Assembly (NCBI GenBank): GCA_044376115.1
Contig: JBILLK010000036.1
Span: 42,169 to 106,168 of the forward strand
From: Polyangiaceae bacterium
GTDB taxonomy: Bacteria; Myxococcota_A; Polyangia; Polyangiales; Polyangiaceae
Length of the DNA: 64,000 bases
Direction: 5' to 3'
The translations under genes and the position numbers were made by a program. Below, piece after piece: positions 20,137 through 31,700 of this stretch (positions are counted from its first letter, which is position 1; every line of letters starts with the position of its first letter). The notes under the pieces were generated by a model. It searched no databases. It was not told the origin of the DNA and was given only the letters and a program-made list of their open reading frames with translations.

Positions 20137-21501
20137 CTACTCGTCGGCGCTGCCATCATCCACGGCGCGAAGCTGAAAGCGTTGGACTGCGCGCTGAATG
20201 AACTTGCGGTTGACTCCGGCGATGCGAGCCGCATGGGTGACGTTCCCGCCCGTCTCGGCGAGCGCTTCCCGTAGATAGGCTTCTTCGAAGGCATCGCAAA
20301 GTTGTTCGCGCGCGTCTTTGAGCGGGACGCTGAGATCAACCTTGCCGTTGACTGCCGCGCTAAGTGAAGGCGTTTGCGCTCGCGGGTCCACCGAGCCGTG
20401 AGAAAGCGCGCGCGTGACGGCGTTCTTGAGCTCGCGCACGTTGCCCGGCCAGGCCTGCCCAATCAGCCCCTTGATCGCCCGCTCACCGAGCGGCGTCACC
20501 ACACGACCACGCTCGGACAGGGCCCGAGTGAAGTGCGCTACGAGCAGCGGGATATCGTCGGGGCGCTCGCGCAACGGGGGCAGTCCAACGCGCACCACCG
20601 CGAGACGGTAGTACAAGTCTTCACGGAAACGCTTGTTGGCGACCTCTGCGGCAAGATCGCGATTGGTGGCTGCGACCACGCGTACGTCCACCCGACGTGC
20701 GGTGTTGGAGCCCACACGGCGCACCTCCAACCGCTCGAGGGCGCGCAACAACTTGGGCTGCAGATCCAGCGGCAGTTCTCCAATCTCATCGAGGAACAGC
20801 GTCCCGCCGTCAGCGGCCTCGAGCGCTCCTTCGCGATCGGCCACCGCACCGGAGAAGGCTCCCCGCACGTGACCGAACAGCTCGCTCTCCATCAAACTCG
20901 GCGCGACCGCCGAACAGTCGAACACGATGAACGGCTCTGCCGCGCGCGCCGACTCCTCATGCAGCGCCTCTGCGACGAGCTCTTTGCCGGTGCCCGTCTC
21001 ACCCTCGACCAGCACCGTGTCATCCACCGCGGCGGCGCGCTCGAGCATGGTGAAAACCACGCGCATCGGTACGCTTTGCCCGATCAGCCCGCCGAAGCGC
21101 TCGCGTGAGGACAGCGGGATCTCCACCACGCCCTGCAGCAGCCTTAGGCGCAAGGTGCTGTTCCCCACGATCAGCGTCGAGTCGTAGCGAGCGTAGGCGT
21201 CGCGAATGGAGACCCCGTCGAGCACCGAGCCATTGCGACTGTTGGCGTCGACCACACGAATCCCGTCTTTCTCGATCTTGAGCGTCAGGTGGTGACGACT
21301 CACCGCGCCGTCGAGCAGGATCAGCTCGCAACCGCGCGCCGAGCCGATCCGCACCTCGGGACCGGAGAAGTCGAAGGACTGCCCAGCCTGCGGGCCCGCT
21401 ACCACCGCGACCTGAACTTTACGGGAGCGAAGCTTCAAACCGGCGGCATCGCGCGAGAGGATCTCGGTGATGGCGTCGCGCGGCGCAGACTCTGAAGACA
21501 C
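20137..21501 (-). CDS. FHA-domain sigma54-dependent transcriptional activator (EBP)
   Basis: FHA VSRHH...[41 protein letters not shown]; Fis-type HTH. Confidence 0.95.
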   Translation of the reverse strand: MSSESAPRDAITEILSRDAAGLKLRSRKVQVAVVAGPQAGQSFDFSGPEVRIGSARGCELILLDGAVSRHHLTLKIEKDGIRVVDANSRNGSVLDGVSIRDAYARYDSTLIVGNSTLRLRLLQGVVEIPLSSRERFGGLIGQSVPMRVVFTMLERAAAVDDTVLVEGETGTGKELVAEALHEESARAAEPFIVFDCSAVAPSLMESELFGHVRGAFSGAVADREGALEAADGGTLFLDEIGELPLDLQPKLLRALERLEVRRVGSNTARRVDVRVVAATNRDLAAEVANKRFREDLYYRLAVVRVGLPPLRERPDDIPLLVAHFTRALSERGRVVTPLGERAIKGLIGQAWPGNVRELKNAVTRALSHGSVDPRAQTPSLSAAVNGKVDLSVPLKDAREQLCDAFEEAYLREALAETGGNVTHAARIAGVNRKFIQRAVQRFQLRAVDDGSADE

Positions 21502-21623
21502 GGAGCGGATGATACAGCGAACCCCGAGGCGACGCGACGTTCACGGCGCAAACAAGCGCGAGAAAAGCTCTGCTAATGTAGGAGGGCTGTCTCGAGGTCG
21601 AGCTGCGTAAGGCGGGCCAAACT

Positions 21624-23270
21624 GTGATGATCCCCAGCAAGCTGGTCGCGGAAGAAGAGCAACGTCTGGTGGCTGCTTGGGCACCGTATGCGTCCGCGCG
21701 TGGCTTGACGCTGCTGCCGAGTGCGAGCCCATGGAACGGCGTGCTGAAGCTGCACGGCTTCTTCAGCGGCGTTGAGGTCGCGGTGGAGCTGCGCTTCGTC
21801 GGTGAGGCCAGCGTGTTGCAGCGCCTCACCGTCCGCGCGCGCGCCTTTTCGCCGATGCCGATCAAGTCGCAGGTGAAGCGCGAAGACGGGCTGTCTGGGC
21901 TGACGGAGCTGCTCGGGACCGAGGACCTCCAGGTAGGCAACCCAACGTTCGATGCCATGTTCGTCGTCAAGGCCGACAGTCGGGCGCTGGTCCCGACGTT
22001 GTACGGCCCAGAAGTCCAGCAGACCTTGTTTGCGCTGCCGCAAGGCTGCGCGGCGGACTACGAGCAGGGGGCGATCACCGTGCACAGTGATCGGCAGCCC
22101 GAGCCTGCGTTGGTCGACGTAATGGCGGCGGTGGCCGCTGCCTTTGCACGCGCTGGGAGCGCTGCTCATGGGGCTGTCGCAACCGGCGCTACAGCGGCCT
22201 ATCGCGGGGCCTTGCCGGTCGCCGCTGCGGCCCAGCCTATGCCGGCGCCTGGGTTGGGCGAGCACGGCCTCTGGGGGCTGCTCATTCTGTTCTTCGGCGT
22301 CGGCTACGCAGGCCTCGCTGGCGAAGCCTCACGCACCTCGACGTTGTATCAGAAGGCCAAGCCGTTATCGGCCAATGACGCGAGTGTGCCGGTGCTCGTT
22401 ACAGGCCCGATCGAAGCCGAGGAATTGAGCAGTAAGGCGGTCAAGCCTGGCCGCTACATTGCAATCCACCAAGCGGCTGAAGTGCTCGCTTGGGACGAGT
22501 CCAGCATCACGAGCAAGAACAGCACCCAGTACACCTGCACGCTCACGTGGACGAGCAACCCGCGGCCGCCTTCTTCCTTTCAAGCCGAGGATTGTCGCAG
22601 CAAGCCCGCGTTCAAGAAGCCACCGGAGCTCGAAGACCAATGGCCCAAGAAGGCCGTGATTCGCAGCGGAGACCGCGCGATCGAGGTCGACCTCGCCGAG
22701 GTCGAATGGAAGATCGACCCTGTGCCGCCAACGCCGGCCCAGCTGGTTTTGGGCACCAACGCCATCACTGATACGTGGGAGGAGAACCTCTTCGTCTACA
22801 CCTCGGCCAAGTGCAAAGCCGAAGAGCCCGAAGCCGGTTGTGAACGCGTGCGCACCAGCGTGCGTCCGATGCCCGATGGGGACGTCACCATCATCGGCAA
22901 GCTCGAGGGGGACCGCTTGACCAAGTTCGAGACCACGCTCAAAGGAGCAGCCGGGGATCGCGCCGCGCTGATGGACGCCTTCTCGGTCGACGCGGCCTTC
23001 GAGGGCTTTGGCATTTGGTTGCAGCGGGCCGCTTCCTTCGTTGGGATCTGGGTCGGCCTCGCGTTCATTCACCGGCCAGTGCGCTATCTGCTGCGCGGAA
23101 TACGTTGGTGCCGCGAAACCACGACCCAGCGGCTGATCTTCGCCGTCGGCACGGCGCTCGGTGGCGTCGCCGTGCTCACCCGCTCCTTCGCCTTGCTCCT
23201 CGCCTTCGCTGCAGTCGCTGCGATCTACTTCGGCTCGCGCGCGGAAGCCCAGGTGGCCCACAAACCTTGA
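21624..23270 (+). CDS. Membrane protein: soluble N-terminal domain plus TMEM43-like region
   Basis: 548-aa ORF with GC-typical codon use; central TM, VLVTG, three C-terminal TMs. Confidence 0.6.
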   Translation: MMIPSKLVAEEEQRLVAAWAPYASARGLTLLPSASPWNGVLKLHGFFSGVEVAVELRFVGEASVLQRLTVRARAFSPMPIKSQVKREDGLSGLTELLGTEDLQVGNPTFDAMFVVKADSRALVPTLYGPEVQQTLFALPQGCAADYEQGAITVHSDRQPEPALVDVMAAVAAAFARAGSAAHGAVATGATAAYRGALPVAAAAQPMPAPGLGEHGLWGLLILFFGVGYAGLAGEASRTSTLYQKAKPLSANDASVPVLVTGPIEAEELSSKAVKPGRYIAIHQAAEVLAWDESSITSKNSTQYTCTLTWTSNPRPPSSFQAEDCRSKPAFKKPPELEDQWPKKAVIRSGDRAIEVDLAEVEWKIDPVPPTPAQLVLGTNAITDTWEENLFVYTSAKCKAEEPEAGCERVRTSVRPMPDGDVTIIGKLEGDRLTKFETTLKGAAGDRAALMDAFSVDAAFEGFGIWLQRAASFVGIWVGLAFIHRPVRYLLRGIRWCRETTTQRLIFAVGTALGGVAVLTRSFALLLAFAAVAAIYFGSRAEAQVAHKP

Positions 23271-23336
23271 GCTCAGCCGAGCCCCGGCACGCGCAGCTCG
23301 CGGATGCCTCGGCCGGTCTTTTTGCGGAGCAGCGCG

Positions 23337-24395
23337 CTAGCGTTTGGCGTCCGGGGCCGTGGAGAGCAGAGGCGTCTCTGCGGCCCATCGTGCCAGCTTC
23401 TCCTGTGTCTCTGCGTCGGGAGCAGCGTCTCGTCCCAGAAACCGCAGGCGATGCACCGTGGTAGCTCGCCGACCTGGCGCGACGTTGACGCTGTCGGTCG
23501 GTTTCTTTTGGCAGGCCAAACGCGCGCGCTGCCACGTAGCGCTGGGCACTGCAACGACTTCGCGCGGAAGCTCCGCGACCAGGTCGATTGTGCCGTCTCG
23601 GTCGACGTCCTCGAGCGCGAGCTTGGGGGGACTGACGAGGATCACATTGGCCTGCTTTTCCGGTACTCCCCAGCCGCAGTTGAAGTCGGGAACATCGAAG
23701 CCCACCATCGCCAAAATTCGAAGCTGAGTCCCCGAAGGCTGGGTGAGATCAATCCTCGAGAACCTCAGGATGCCAGCCGTTCCGTTGAATACGTGCCAGT
23801 CGGCTACGACCAGCGCCTCGCGCGTGCCCTCGAGCGGGAGGCGCAACTCGGCGACGACGCTCGCCGAACTGCAGTCCCCGCCGAACGGATCCGCAAGGCT
23901 CCCAAGCACGCGAAATCCCTTGTCGGCGGCCTCGACCACCGTACTGCACACGGAGCCTTCAGTGCCTTCGAAGCGGTGGCGGACAATCCCACGCCCGGCA
24001 GCTCCTGGGCCGAATCGGCCCCAGATAGCGGAGCTAAAGAAGCATGGCGTCTCAACCGGCACGAGCGGATCTCCGGTCGACACGACACGGTTTTTCTCGA
24101 AGAGCGGACAGACCCCGCAACCGGGGTTCGAGGCATCGGTTGGAGCCGGGCAGAAGGCGTCGCGCAGCATGGGTTCAGCGACGGCGGCTTCGTAAACCGG
24201 CGCGGGGCTGGTCATTGGTTGATGGCCGACCAACGAGTTGGGTGCGCTAGCGAGTGAACTCACCTGCGCTGTGGGCGATTGCGCTACCGGGTCGCGCGAG
24301 GGCATCGCTCCGAGCCTCGGATCGCACCCGATGAAGCTCGCTGCTGTTATCAGCAGGGCCTCTGCGATTCGCTTTGAAGAGTGTCGTAGTCCCAC
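23337..24395 (-). CDS. Hypothetical lipoprotein
   Basis: Lipobox-like FIGC; DVDRDGTIDLV calcium-binding-like motif. Confidence 0.6.
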   Translation of the reverse strand: MGLRHSSKRIAEALLITAASFIGCDPRLGAMPSRDPVAQSPTAQVSSLASAPNSLVGHQPMTSPAPVYEAAVAEPMLRDAFCPAPTDASNPGCGVCPLFEKNRVVSTGDPLVPVETPCFFSSAIWGRFGPGAAGRGIVRHRFEGTEGSVCSTVVEAADKGFRVLGSLADPFGGDCSSASVVAELRLPLEGTREALVVADWHVFNGTAGILRFSRIDLTQPSGTQLRILAMVGFDVPDFNCGWGVPEKQANVILVSPPKLALEDVDRDGTIDLVAELPREVVAVPSATWQRARLACQKKPTDSVNVAPGRRATTVHRLRFLGRDAAPDAETQEKLARWAAETPLLSTAPDAKR

Positions 24396-24547
24396 GCCGG
24401 AAGGCTACTGGCGTTGTAGCGGGTTGAGAATGTGGGGACTCCGACTATGACTCCAATGATTTTTGCGGCCTGTCGATCTTGGGGCAGGCCGTTCGATGCA
24501 TGGGCAGACACGAATCGACCCAGCTGACGCCTACATGGAGGTCCCCA

Positions 24548-24997
24548 ATGAATGACCTAGCGAATTTGCCCGCGTTTTCCGCCTACGCCGCCGCCCTCTT
24601 GCTGCTGAGCTTGAACCTGATCGGCCTGGCCAACGCGACCGCGGTGACGCGCGGGCAGGCGAGCGAGGTCATCAACCCGGAGGACCAGGCGCTCAACAAG
24701 AAGGCCACGGTGGTATTCGAGGCGGGCAATGACAAGACCGCGCGCTATCGCCGGGCGCATCGCAACGCGCTCGAGAACGTCCCGCTCTTTCTGATCAGCG
24801 CCTTCGTCCTTACTGCGCTGGGCGCCTCAGCCACGGTTGGAGCCGCGCTCTTCTACCCGTTTGCCGCGCTGCGCATCTTGTACAGCGTCTGTTATGTGAA
24901 GGCCATTCAGCCGTTTCGCACGATCTTCTTCGTACTAGCGCTCTTGCTGCAAGGCGGTGTGCTCGGCTTCATTGGCTATTACAGCTTTGCTCGCTAA
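24548..24997 (+). CDS. MAPEG family membrane protein
   Basis: NPED, RYRRAHRNALEN.PLF, RILYS; GGAGG RBS. Confidence 0.9.
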   Translation: MNDLANLPAFSAYAAALLLLSLNLIGLANATAVTRGQASEVINPEDQALNKKATVVFEAGNDKTARYRRAHRNALENVPLFLISAFVLTALGASATVGAALFYPFAALRILYSVCYVKAIQPFRTIFFVLALLLQGGVLGFIGYYSFAR

Positions 24998-25012
24998 TAG
25001 CCTAATAGCCAA

Positions 25013-26173
25013 CTAGAGCTTGGCCGGTAGCGCCTTACGCAGCGTACAGGCCTTGTCGTCGCCCATGGCGCAGGCCTTGTCGAAGATCTCGGCGGCCTTC
25101 TTCGGATCTTTGGCCTTTAAGCCCATCCCATCGCGAAGGGACATTGCGTAATTGGTGCAGCCCAACACATTGCCGCCCGTACACGCCTGTTCAAACAAGG
25201 ACAGCGCTTTAGGCAGATCCTTGGGAACCCCGAGCCCTCGTTCGTAGACCAACGCGAGCTCGTTGCAGGCTGTGGCCTCCGCCGGGCAGGCCTTCTCGAA
25301 TAGGGCGGTAGCGCGCGGCTGATTCTTCGCTCCGAACTTGCCGTCACGCATCATGATTCCGAGGTTCGTGCAGGTGAACATCGAGCCGGCGTCGCAGGCG
25401 GCTTGCATCAGTTTGTCGCCTTTGGCTTTGTCGGCGGGGACGCCGTCCCCCAGGCCGTAGACAAGCCCAATCTCCCCGCACGCATCTTGGGAAGGTGGCT
25501 TCCCTTCGCAGGCCTTGCTTAGCAAGCTCAGCCCCGCGGCGGTGTCCTTCTTTCCGCCGTCTCCGCTGATCATCATCCCGCCCAGTCGGTAACAGCCGTC
25601 GGTGTACGAGAGGTCGCAGGATTGGGTGTAAGCCGCGCGCGCCGGCTCGTAGCTTTTGTCCCGCGACAGCAGGTCGCCGAAGTTGCTGCAGCCCAGACCG
25701 TCCTTGAGCTTGCAGGCCTTCTCATAGAGGGTCTTCGCCTTGGCACGATCGATGGGACCGCCTTCGCCACGCTCTTGAGCTACGCCCAGATTGTTGCAAC
25801 AGGACGCGTGCCCGAAGTCGCAGCCCATGGTGTACAGCTTGATCGCCGTGGCTTTGTCGGCGACCTTTTCACGCGATAACGCCTGATCGAAGCAGACCGT
25901 GGGCGTCTCCGCCGAACACAGCTCGGGCGGCGGTGTTTCTTCCACGATGCGATCGCAAGCGCTCGTCATGGTGTGTTTTGACTGCGTTGCACTGATCGTC
26001 CCGGTGCAGGTGACCTGCGGCTTCTTGGCCTTGAAGTTGAAGTGGTCGCCTTCCCGAACCAGCTCGATATCGGTAAAGCCTTGCTCCTCGAGCACCTTGC
26101 GCGAAGCCGATTCACTCGGACCGCAAGCGATCGCGAACAGCGCAACTAGCCAAAGACGACGCTGATGGTTCAT
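25013..26173 (-). CDS. Sel1-like repeat (Cys-rich Hcp-type) lipoprotein
   Basis: Repeated ...KAC...GC.NLG...G.G...D..KA units; lipobox AIAC. Confidence 0.9.
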   Translation of the reverse strand: MNHQRRLWLVALFAIACGPSESASRKVLEEQGFTDIELVREGDHFNFKAKKPQVTCTGTISATQSKHTMTSACDRIVEETPPPELCSAETPTVCFDQALSREKVADKATAIKLYTMGCDFGHASCCNNLGVAQERGEGGPIDRAKAKTLYEKACKLKDGLGCSNFGDLLSRDKSYEPARAAYTQSCDLSYTDGCYRLGGMMISGDGGKKDTAAGLSLLSKACEGKPPSQDACGEIGLVYGLGDGVPADKAKGDKLMQAACDAGSMFTCTNLGIMMRDGKFGAKNQPRATALFEKACPAEATACNELALVYERGLGVPKDLPKALSLFEQACTGGNVLGCTNYAMSLRDGMGLKAKDPKKAAEIFDKACAMGDDKACTLRKALPAKL

Positions 26174-26219
26174 GGGCCGCGCGATGCTAGGTGCGAGCGC
26201 GGTGTTCGGGAAGGCCGCT

Positions 26220-26696
26220 TCAGCGGCTGGCTGCCGAGCCCAACGTACCTTGCAGGCTGCGGCCGAGCCTGCCGAGCGCCGCCTCGGTACCGCGCTTCGC
26301 GTTTTGGAGCATGCCCTCGCCGACGAACGAGACCAGCTGCGCGGTGAGTAAGAGCCGCGTCCCCCCCGGCTGTTGCATGAACTCCATGGTGATGAGCGAC
26401 GTCGACAGCAGCGTGCTCCCTGCGGCTACGCGCTCCAGATAGACGACGCGCTGATCGGGCACGATGTCCTGGTAGTAAACCCGACCCTCGTAACGCAGGT
26501 CTTCCTTCGGCCCGCAGCGATAGACGTCGAGCCCACCGACCTCGAAGCAAGCCTGCGCATAGACGATGCGCTCGTCCTCCGAAGGCACGCCCCATTGGCT
26601 GCGCTGCTCGACGTCAGCGTAGGCTGCAAACGCCGCTTCAGGCGTGCAGTCGAAGTCGCGTTCAATCACGAAGGTGCCATGCGCGAGAGCGTTCAT
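26220..26696 (-). CDS. SRPBCC/AHSA1 domain protein
   Basis: HGTFVIER.F...PE..FAAYAD, VGG, DIVPDQRVVY. Confidence 0.88.
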   Translation of the reverse strand: MNALAHGTFVIERDFDCTPEAAFAAYADVEQRSQWGVPSEDERIVYAQACFEVGGLDVYRCGPKEDLRYEGRVYYQDIVPDQRVVYLERVAAGSTLLSTSLITMEFMQQPGGTRLLLTAQLVSFVGEGMLQNAKRGTEAALGRLGRSLQGTLGSAASR

Positions 26697-26705
26697 TGGC
26701 GTGGC

Positions 26706-27710
26706 TCAGCGCAAGTACGCCGCGCAGCGCGGGTCTTTGTCGGGCACGTCCTTGCCTTTGGCCTCACCCTTGGGGAAGGCCTTGCGATCACAGAGCGCGG
26801 CGAAGAGATCGAGCATCTCTTGGGTCAGCTGCTTGTTGTCGCCTTTGATTCTGCGACCCATGTACGTGCTGGGCGCGCCGCTCAGGATCTTGGCCCAATC
26901 CTCGTAGGCCTTCTGACGTGCGTGCGTGCCGAGCGAGAACTCCTTGTCGTCGAACAAGAAGGTTGTGCCGTCCGTGCCGTGACAGCTTGCGCAGCGCTCC
27001 TGATAGAGGGCCTTGCCGGTGTCGGGGTTGCCGCCCGAGCGCAGCACGTAGTTGCCGGGGGAGCCCTTCTTCAACTCGAAGATGTCGTCCGGGTGCACCA
27101 GCGTACGGTCGCGCACGCCAACGATGAACGCGGCGATGTTGGCGAGTTGGCTGTCGCTCAGCACCGAGCCGAAGGCCGGAACGTCTTTGCTCCCCGACTT
27201 GAGCCACGCGGCGATTTCAGCCTCGGTGCCCTTTTTCTCGAGCAGGTTCACGTCGAGTACGAAGGGCTTGTTCATCATCTCGGGGCCGTAGATCCCGGCC
27301 TTCCCGCGAAGATCCCAGCCGAACAGGTTCTTCAAACGGTAGTCGTGCCCGCCGTCGTTGAGGAAGGGCTTGCCGTCCTGCGTGAGCAGCGTGCCGTCCT
27401 GATTCGGACCGCCCTTCCCATCCGCTTTGCCCTTCGTCTTGGGGTTGTCCGGTGCGAAGGCGGCCAACTTCCAGCGGTCGAAGTCTTGCCCGCCGTTGAT
27501 CGTCCCCGGCGGGAGTGGCGCAGGGCTTGGCGTTGCCGAAGCGCTCGCCGCAGCGGACGGAGAGCCCGACGCGCTAGCCGTTGATTGCGCGACAGCGCTC
27601 GCACTGGTCGGCGTCGCCACGCTGGCGCTCGGTTGAGGTTGTACCGGCGACTCTGCACGGCACGAAACCATCGCGAGGGAGAGGGCAAGGCTGAGGAACG
27701 TTCGATTCAT
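26706..27710 (-). CDS. c-type cytochrome lipoprotein (one intact CxxCH)
   Basis: GKALYQERCASCHGTDG; lipobox MVSC; degenerate first domain. Confidence 0.8.
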   Translation of the reverse strand: MNRTFLSLALSLAMVSCRAESPVQPQPSASVATPTSASAVAQSTASASGSPSAAASASATPSPAPLPPGTINGGQDFDRWKLAAFAPDNPKTKGKADGKGGPNQDGTLLTQDGKPFLNDGGHDYRLKNLFGWDLRGKAGIYGPEMMNKPFVLDVNLLEKKGTEAEIAAWLKSGSKDVPAFGSVLSDSQLANIAAFIVGVRDRTLVHPDDIFELKKGSPGNYVLRSGGNPDTGKALYQERCASCHGTDGTTFLFDDKEFSLGTHARQKAYEDWAKILSGAPSTYMGRRIKGDNKQLTQEMLDLFAALCDRKAFPKGEAKGKDVPDKDPRCAAYLR

Positions 27711-27976
27711 CGCGTGCTCGTTTTGCATCGCCGCTCGTGGTTGGCAAGCTCCTAGCGCCTCACGTGGTTCGGTGCCCGCTTTTACGTACATATGCCGGTA
27801 GCGACGCCGTAACCGTCTATCGGCGCAACTGAAGCCAGCCGTTCACACCCCACCGATGAAACTCGCGAAAAGCGCGCCCATTGAACGTGTTTTGGCGATC
27901 TTCGCTTGGGTCAACCTGCACGACGGCGAACTCCGTACGCGCGGCACGACCAGTGCAATCGCAACTTGCGGAGGTC

Positions 27977-28648
27977 ATGATGCGGAAGCTTATTGCGGTG
28001 GCAGGTCTCGTGGGTGTGGCGGCGGTGTCGATGGGGGCCAAGGGTTGCAGCACCGAGTATGTGCCGGGGGATGGCTCTTCTGCAGAGTGGGAGACCGCGC
28101 CGGTACCGACCGCCGCAACGGAGCCACAAGCCATGAGCTGCGAGTGGCTCGACGGCGACAATTGTTGGAAACGCTTCGTGGCGCGCGCCGAGAGCTGCAA
28201 AGGGCTGGTCGAAACCGGCGGTCGTTTCAATGAGGACCGCGATGCGTGCAGCTATTCATCGAATGGCTTTCTCGAGTTCGGCGGCCCGTTGAGCACACCG
28301 TCCAAAGCGAGCGTGCTCTTCCCCGCCGTGGATTGGCGCGTGGTCGATGAGGAGGGCACCGCGTGCATGACCGGAAAGATCCTTGGCGTCGGCAAGACCC
28401 TGATCGACATCGATGGGGAGGTCGTTGTGTTCGAGAACAAGACCCTCACCGAGTACGAAATCACCTGCGCCGACGGCACGACCTACTCCAACGCGCATGA
28501 GGATACCTGCGCCGACTTCGGTGTGCGCTGGCTCGCCCACGACGCCCCCGGCGTGCTGCTCGCCTGCGACGGCGCCAAGGAGACCTGCGAACTTTCGCTG
28601 TGGGGTGGCGCGGACGGCGAGGAGCCGATTACCACCTGCGCCTTCTAG
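27977..28648 (+). CDS. Cys-rich lipoprotein, hypothetical
   Basis: GGAGG RBS, signal peptide ending AKGC. Confidence 0.75.
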   Translation: MMRKLIAVAGLVGVAAVSMGAKGCSTEYVPGDGSSAEWETAPVPTAATEPQAMSCEWLDGDNCWKRFVARAESCKGLVETGGRFNEDRDACSYSSNGFLEFGGPLSTPSKASVLFPAVDWRVVDEEGTACMTGKILGVGKTLIDIDGEVVVFENKTLTEYEITCADGTTYSNAHEDTCADFGVRWLAHDAPGVLLACDGAKETCELSLWGGADGEEPITTCAF

Positions 28649-28702
28649 GTCCCGTCCGTCTTCGGTCTCGCTAGGCCCAGCGGCGAGCGCTACGCTGCGC
28701 GC

Positions 28703-31700
28703 ATGTCTGCTGAGACCCTTCACGACGCGGTCCTGAAGTTGAGCTCCTTTCTCGAGAGCGGGGAAGATCGTTATGAGCCGCTGCTCTCGTGGTTGCGCGG
28801 AGCCGAAGCCGCGGAGGAAGAGGTAGCGCAAGCCGTCAACGTGGCGCGCGCCGAGTTGCTCGGATCTCTCGCGCTGGCGGAGGAAGCGCCTGATTGGTTG
28901 CTGCCGAGCGCGCGCATCACGTTGCTGGCCGCGCAGGCTGATTCGAGCCGGCACGACGTGCTCTTCTCGGTGCTGCTGGGGGCGCTCAAGTCGCACGCCC
29001 CAGCGCATGAAATCGAGGCCGCTGCGCGCGCCCGCATCATCAACGGCCCGCTCGTGGACGCGCTTTCCTGCTTACCGTTCTTGGGCGGTGGCGAGGCGCT
29101 CTTGCTGCATGAAAACCGCGAGGCGGTGGCGCGGCTCGAGATCCTGATTTGGGAGGCCGGCGCGAGCGCTCGTGAGGTGCCTTCACTCGGGGCGTGGCTG
29201 TGGGCCAGCAGTGAGACTTTCCAGGTGATGGTGGAAGCGCCCGCGCACAGTACGTTGCTCGGGCGCGTGCTGGCCGCGCGCACGTTAGAGGTCAGCGCTT
29301 CGGGCATGCCGCCGCACGCGGACCCAGTGCTGGTGGGCAAGACGCTGCAGATCTTGCAACCGCTGTTGCTCCATCCCGAGCCGCTCGTGTGGGTGCATGC
29401 AGCGCGCGCTTTGGGCCGGCTCACCGGCCCGCTGATGCAGCTCGAAGGAACGCTGCTCGACTGGGTGCTCGGCGATACGAAGATCCTGCGGCAGCGCGCG
29501 ACGACAGCCTTCGCCTCGTTACCCGCCGATCGCTTGAGCTTTCTCGCCAGCCAATTGATCTCGCTGGTGGACGCACCGGATGAAGATGGCTGGGTGCTCG
29601 CCGCGGTCGCAGCTGCAACGCCCTACCTCTATTTTGAAAAGAAAAATGTGTGGGACCGCCTGCATGCACGCATCGTCCGCGGGGATGGTGGCGCTGTTTC
29701 GGCGCGGGCGCTGGCGCGCGGTCTTGCGACGTTGTGGCGGCGCGGTCATCGCGAGCCGGAGGTCGAGGCGGCGTTGCGTGGTCTGCGTGATCGCGCGCGC
29801 GCCGTGCGCCCCGCCTCGCTCGAAGAGCTGCGACGCTGGATCGAGGTGATCGCGGTCACCGACCCGATCGACGGCGCCGAGCGCGACCCGCTCGATCTCG
29901 AACTGGGGCTCGAGAACCTGATGCGCTTGGCGGCCCAATACGACGATCACGAGGCCGACGCGCGCGCCGCTCGCTTTGCCAGCGCGCTGCACGCCAATCT
30001 GAAAGAGGCCTCGCGCATCGCGCTCTCCGACGGTCGCTTGCGGGTGCGCGCCGGGGCGATCAATGCGCTCGAGGGTTGTGCGCGCGCCTTCGCTTTGCGC
30101 TTGTGGGGCCCGCTCCTCGCCACCTCGCCCCAAGAAGAACGGCTGGAAGAGCCCGACCTTTTGCCGACCTGGAAGTTGATGGTCGAGATGCCGGCCAACA
30201 TCCTCGATCGCGTGGCGGAGAAGCGCGCGCGCGGTGAGGCCGATCCGCAGGTGGATGACGCGCTCGAGGTCTTGGCCCTGCGTCTCGGCGGCTATGCGCT
30301 CGACTCCTGCGGCACCGACGGCGATCGCGGTGCCACCGCCAACGACACCTGCCTCTGGCTGCGCAAAGTCGATGGGCTCGTGGGTGGCTCGCGCGAGCTG
30401 CCGGCGCCGCTCAAATCGGCGCTCAGCTCGCTGTTTTGGCGTTTGGTAGACACCACGCGCGGCACCGCGCTCGGTGAGGTGGACGACGTCCGTTGGCTCG
30501 GGCCGTTTGCGGCTTGGTGGGCGCTGGTGATCGATCGGCCGGCGGTACTGTTGCAGTTAGCCACTGCGCTGCCGCTGATCGCCGATGGTGCGCTCGCGCT
30601 CTGTTGCGACAAGGCGCAGACGCTGCGCTCGGCGGTTTCTTCCGGCGGTGGTGACGGTGAATGGGCCGCCGATGCGCTCGGCGCGCTCAAGGTGCTGCAC
30701 GCCGACGGCACCGCGCTCGCGCACGCTCTCTCGAGCTTGGCGCAGGCGCTTGTGGAGATGAAGTCGGCATCGGGCCGTTCGCAAGATCTGGAGGCGCGCG
30801 CGCTCAAGTTGGTGCTCGCCGGCAGTCGGTTGCACGGCGCCCTGGCCGATCCAATGCGCGCGCTGCACGAGGCGAGCGAGCAGACGGCGGAGGACTCGCT
30901 CGAGCGCAGCTCCACCGAGAACGCGCCGCGTGTGGCGACCTTGGTGGTGCGAGCGATTCGCGCGCGCGAGCTTTCGATGCTCGACGTTTGGTTGGCCTCG
31001 CTCGGCCCGGTGACAGCGCCGCTGCTCGAGAGTTCGCTGCGCGCGGCGATTGGGCGCACGCCGCCGCCGCCACCAACGAAGAAGAAAGAGCCCAAGGTGA
31101 TCGAGGGCTACGAGCTGGTCAAGCCGCTAGGGGAGGGTGGTATCGGCAGCGTGTGGCTCGTGCGCAAGCCCGGCGCGGATCGCCTGTTCGTGCTCAAGAT
31201 CCCCAAGGCCGAGGCGCTGGCTTCGGCCAATGACGTGGAGCGCGAGGGCATCCTGGCGTCCTTCGTCGAAGAGGCCAAAGCGCTGGCTGGGCTCTATCAC
31301 CCCAACGTCGCCAACATCATCGACCGCGGCGTCTCTTCGGACGTGCCCTTCTTGGTGCTCGAGTATTTGATCGGCGCCGATCTCAAGCAGTACTCCTTCG
31401 CGAAGAAGATGACCCTGTTCGAGGTGCGTCAGGTGGTGCTCGATTCGTGCGCTGGTCTCGCGGCCTTGCACAACGCAGGTCTCGTGCATCGCGACATCAA
31501 GCCGGCCAACATCTGGCTGCGACTTCCGCTCGCTGGCGGCGAGCAATTCGATCCGAAGAAGCACCGTGATCCCGCGCAGGTCCCGCCGCTCTCCACCGTC
31601 GTAATCGACTTCGGCATGGTGCGCGCAACCCGCGTCGCCGCCGAGGTGGGTGGCAAGTTCGTGGCCGGTACAGCCGGCTACATCGCACCGGAGCAGGTGC

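Noticed and set aside
24995..25010. taatagcc tandem duplication as a target-site duplication
   Set aside because: Only 8 bp, with no element between or beside the copies
26373..27584. 403-aa + strand ORF
   Set aside because: Shadow of the cytochrome c and SRPBCC genes
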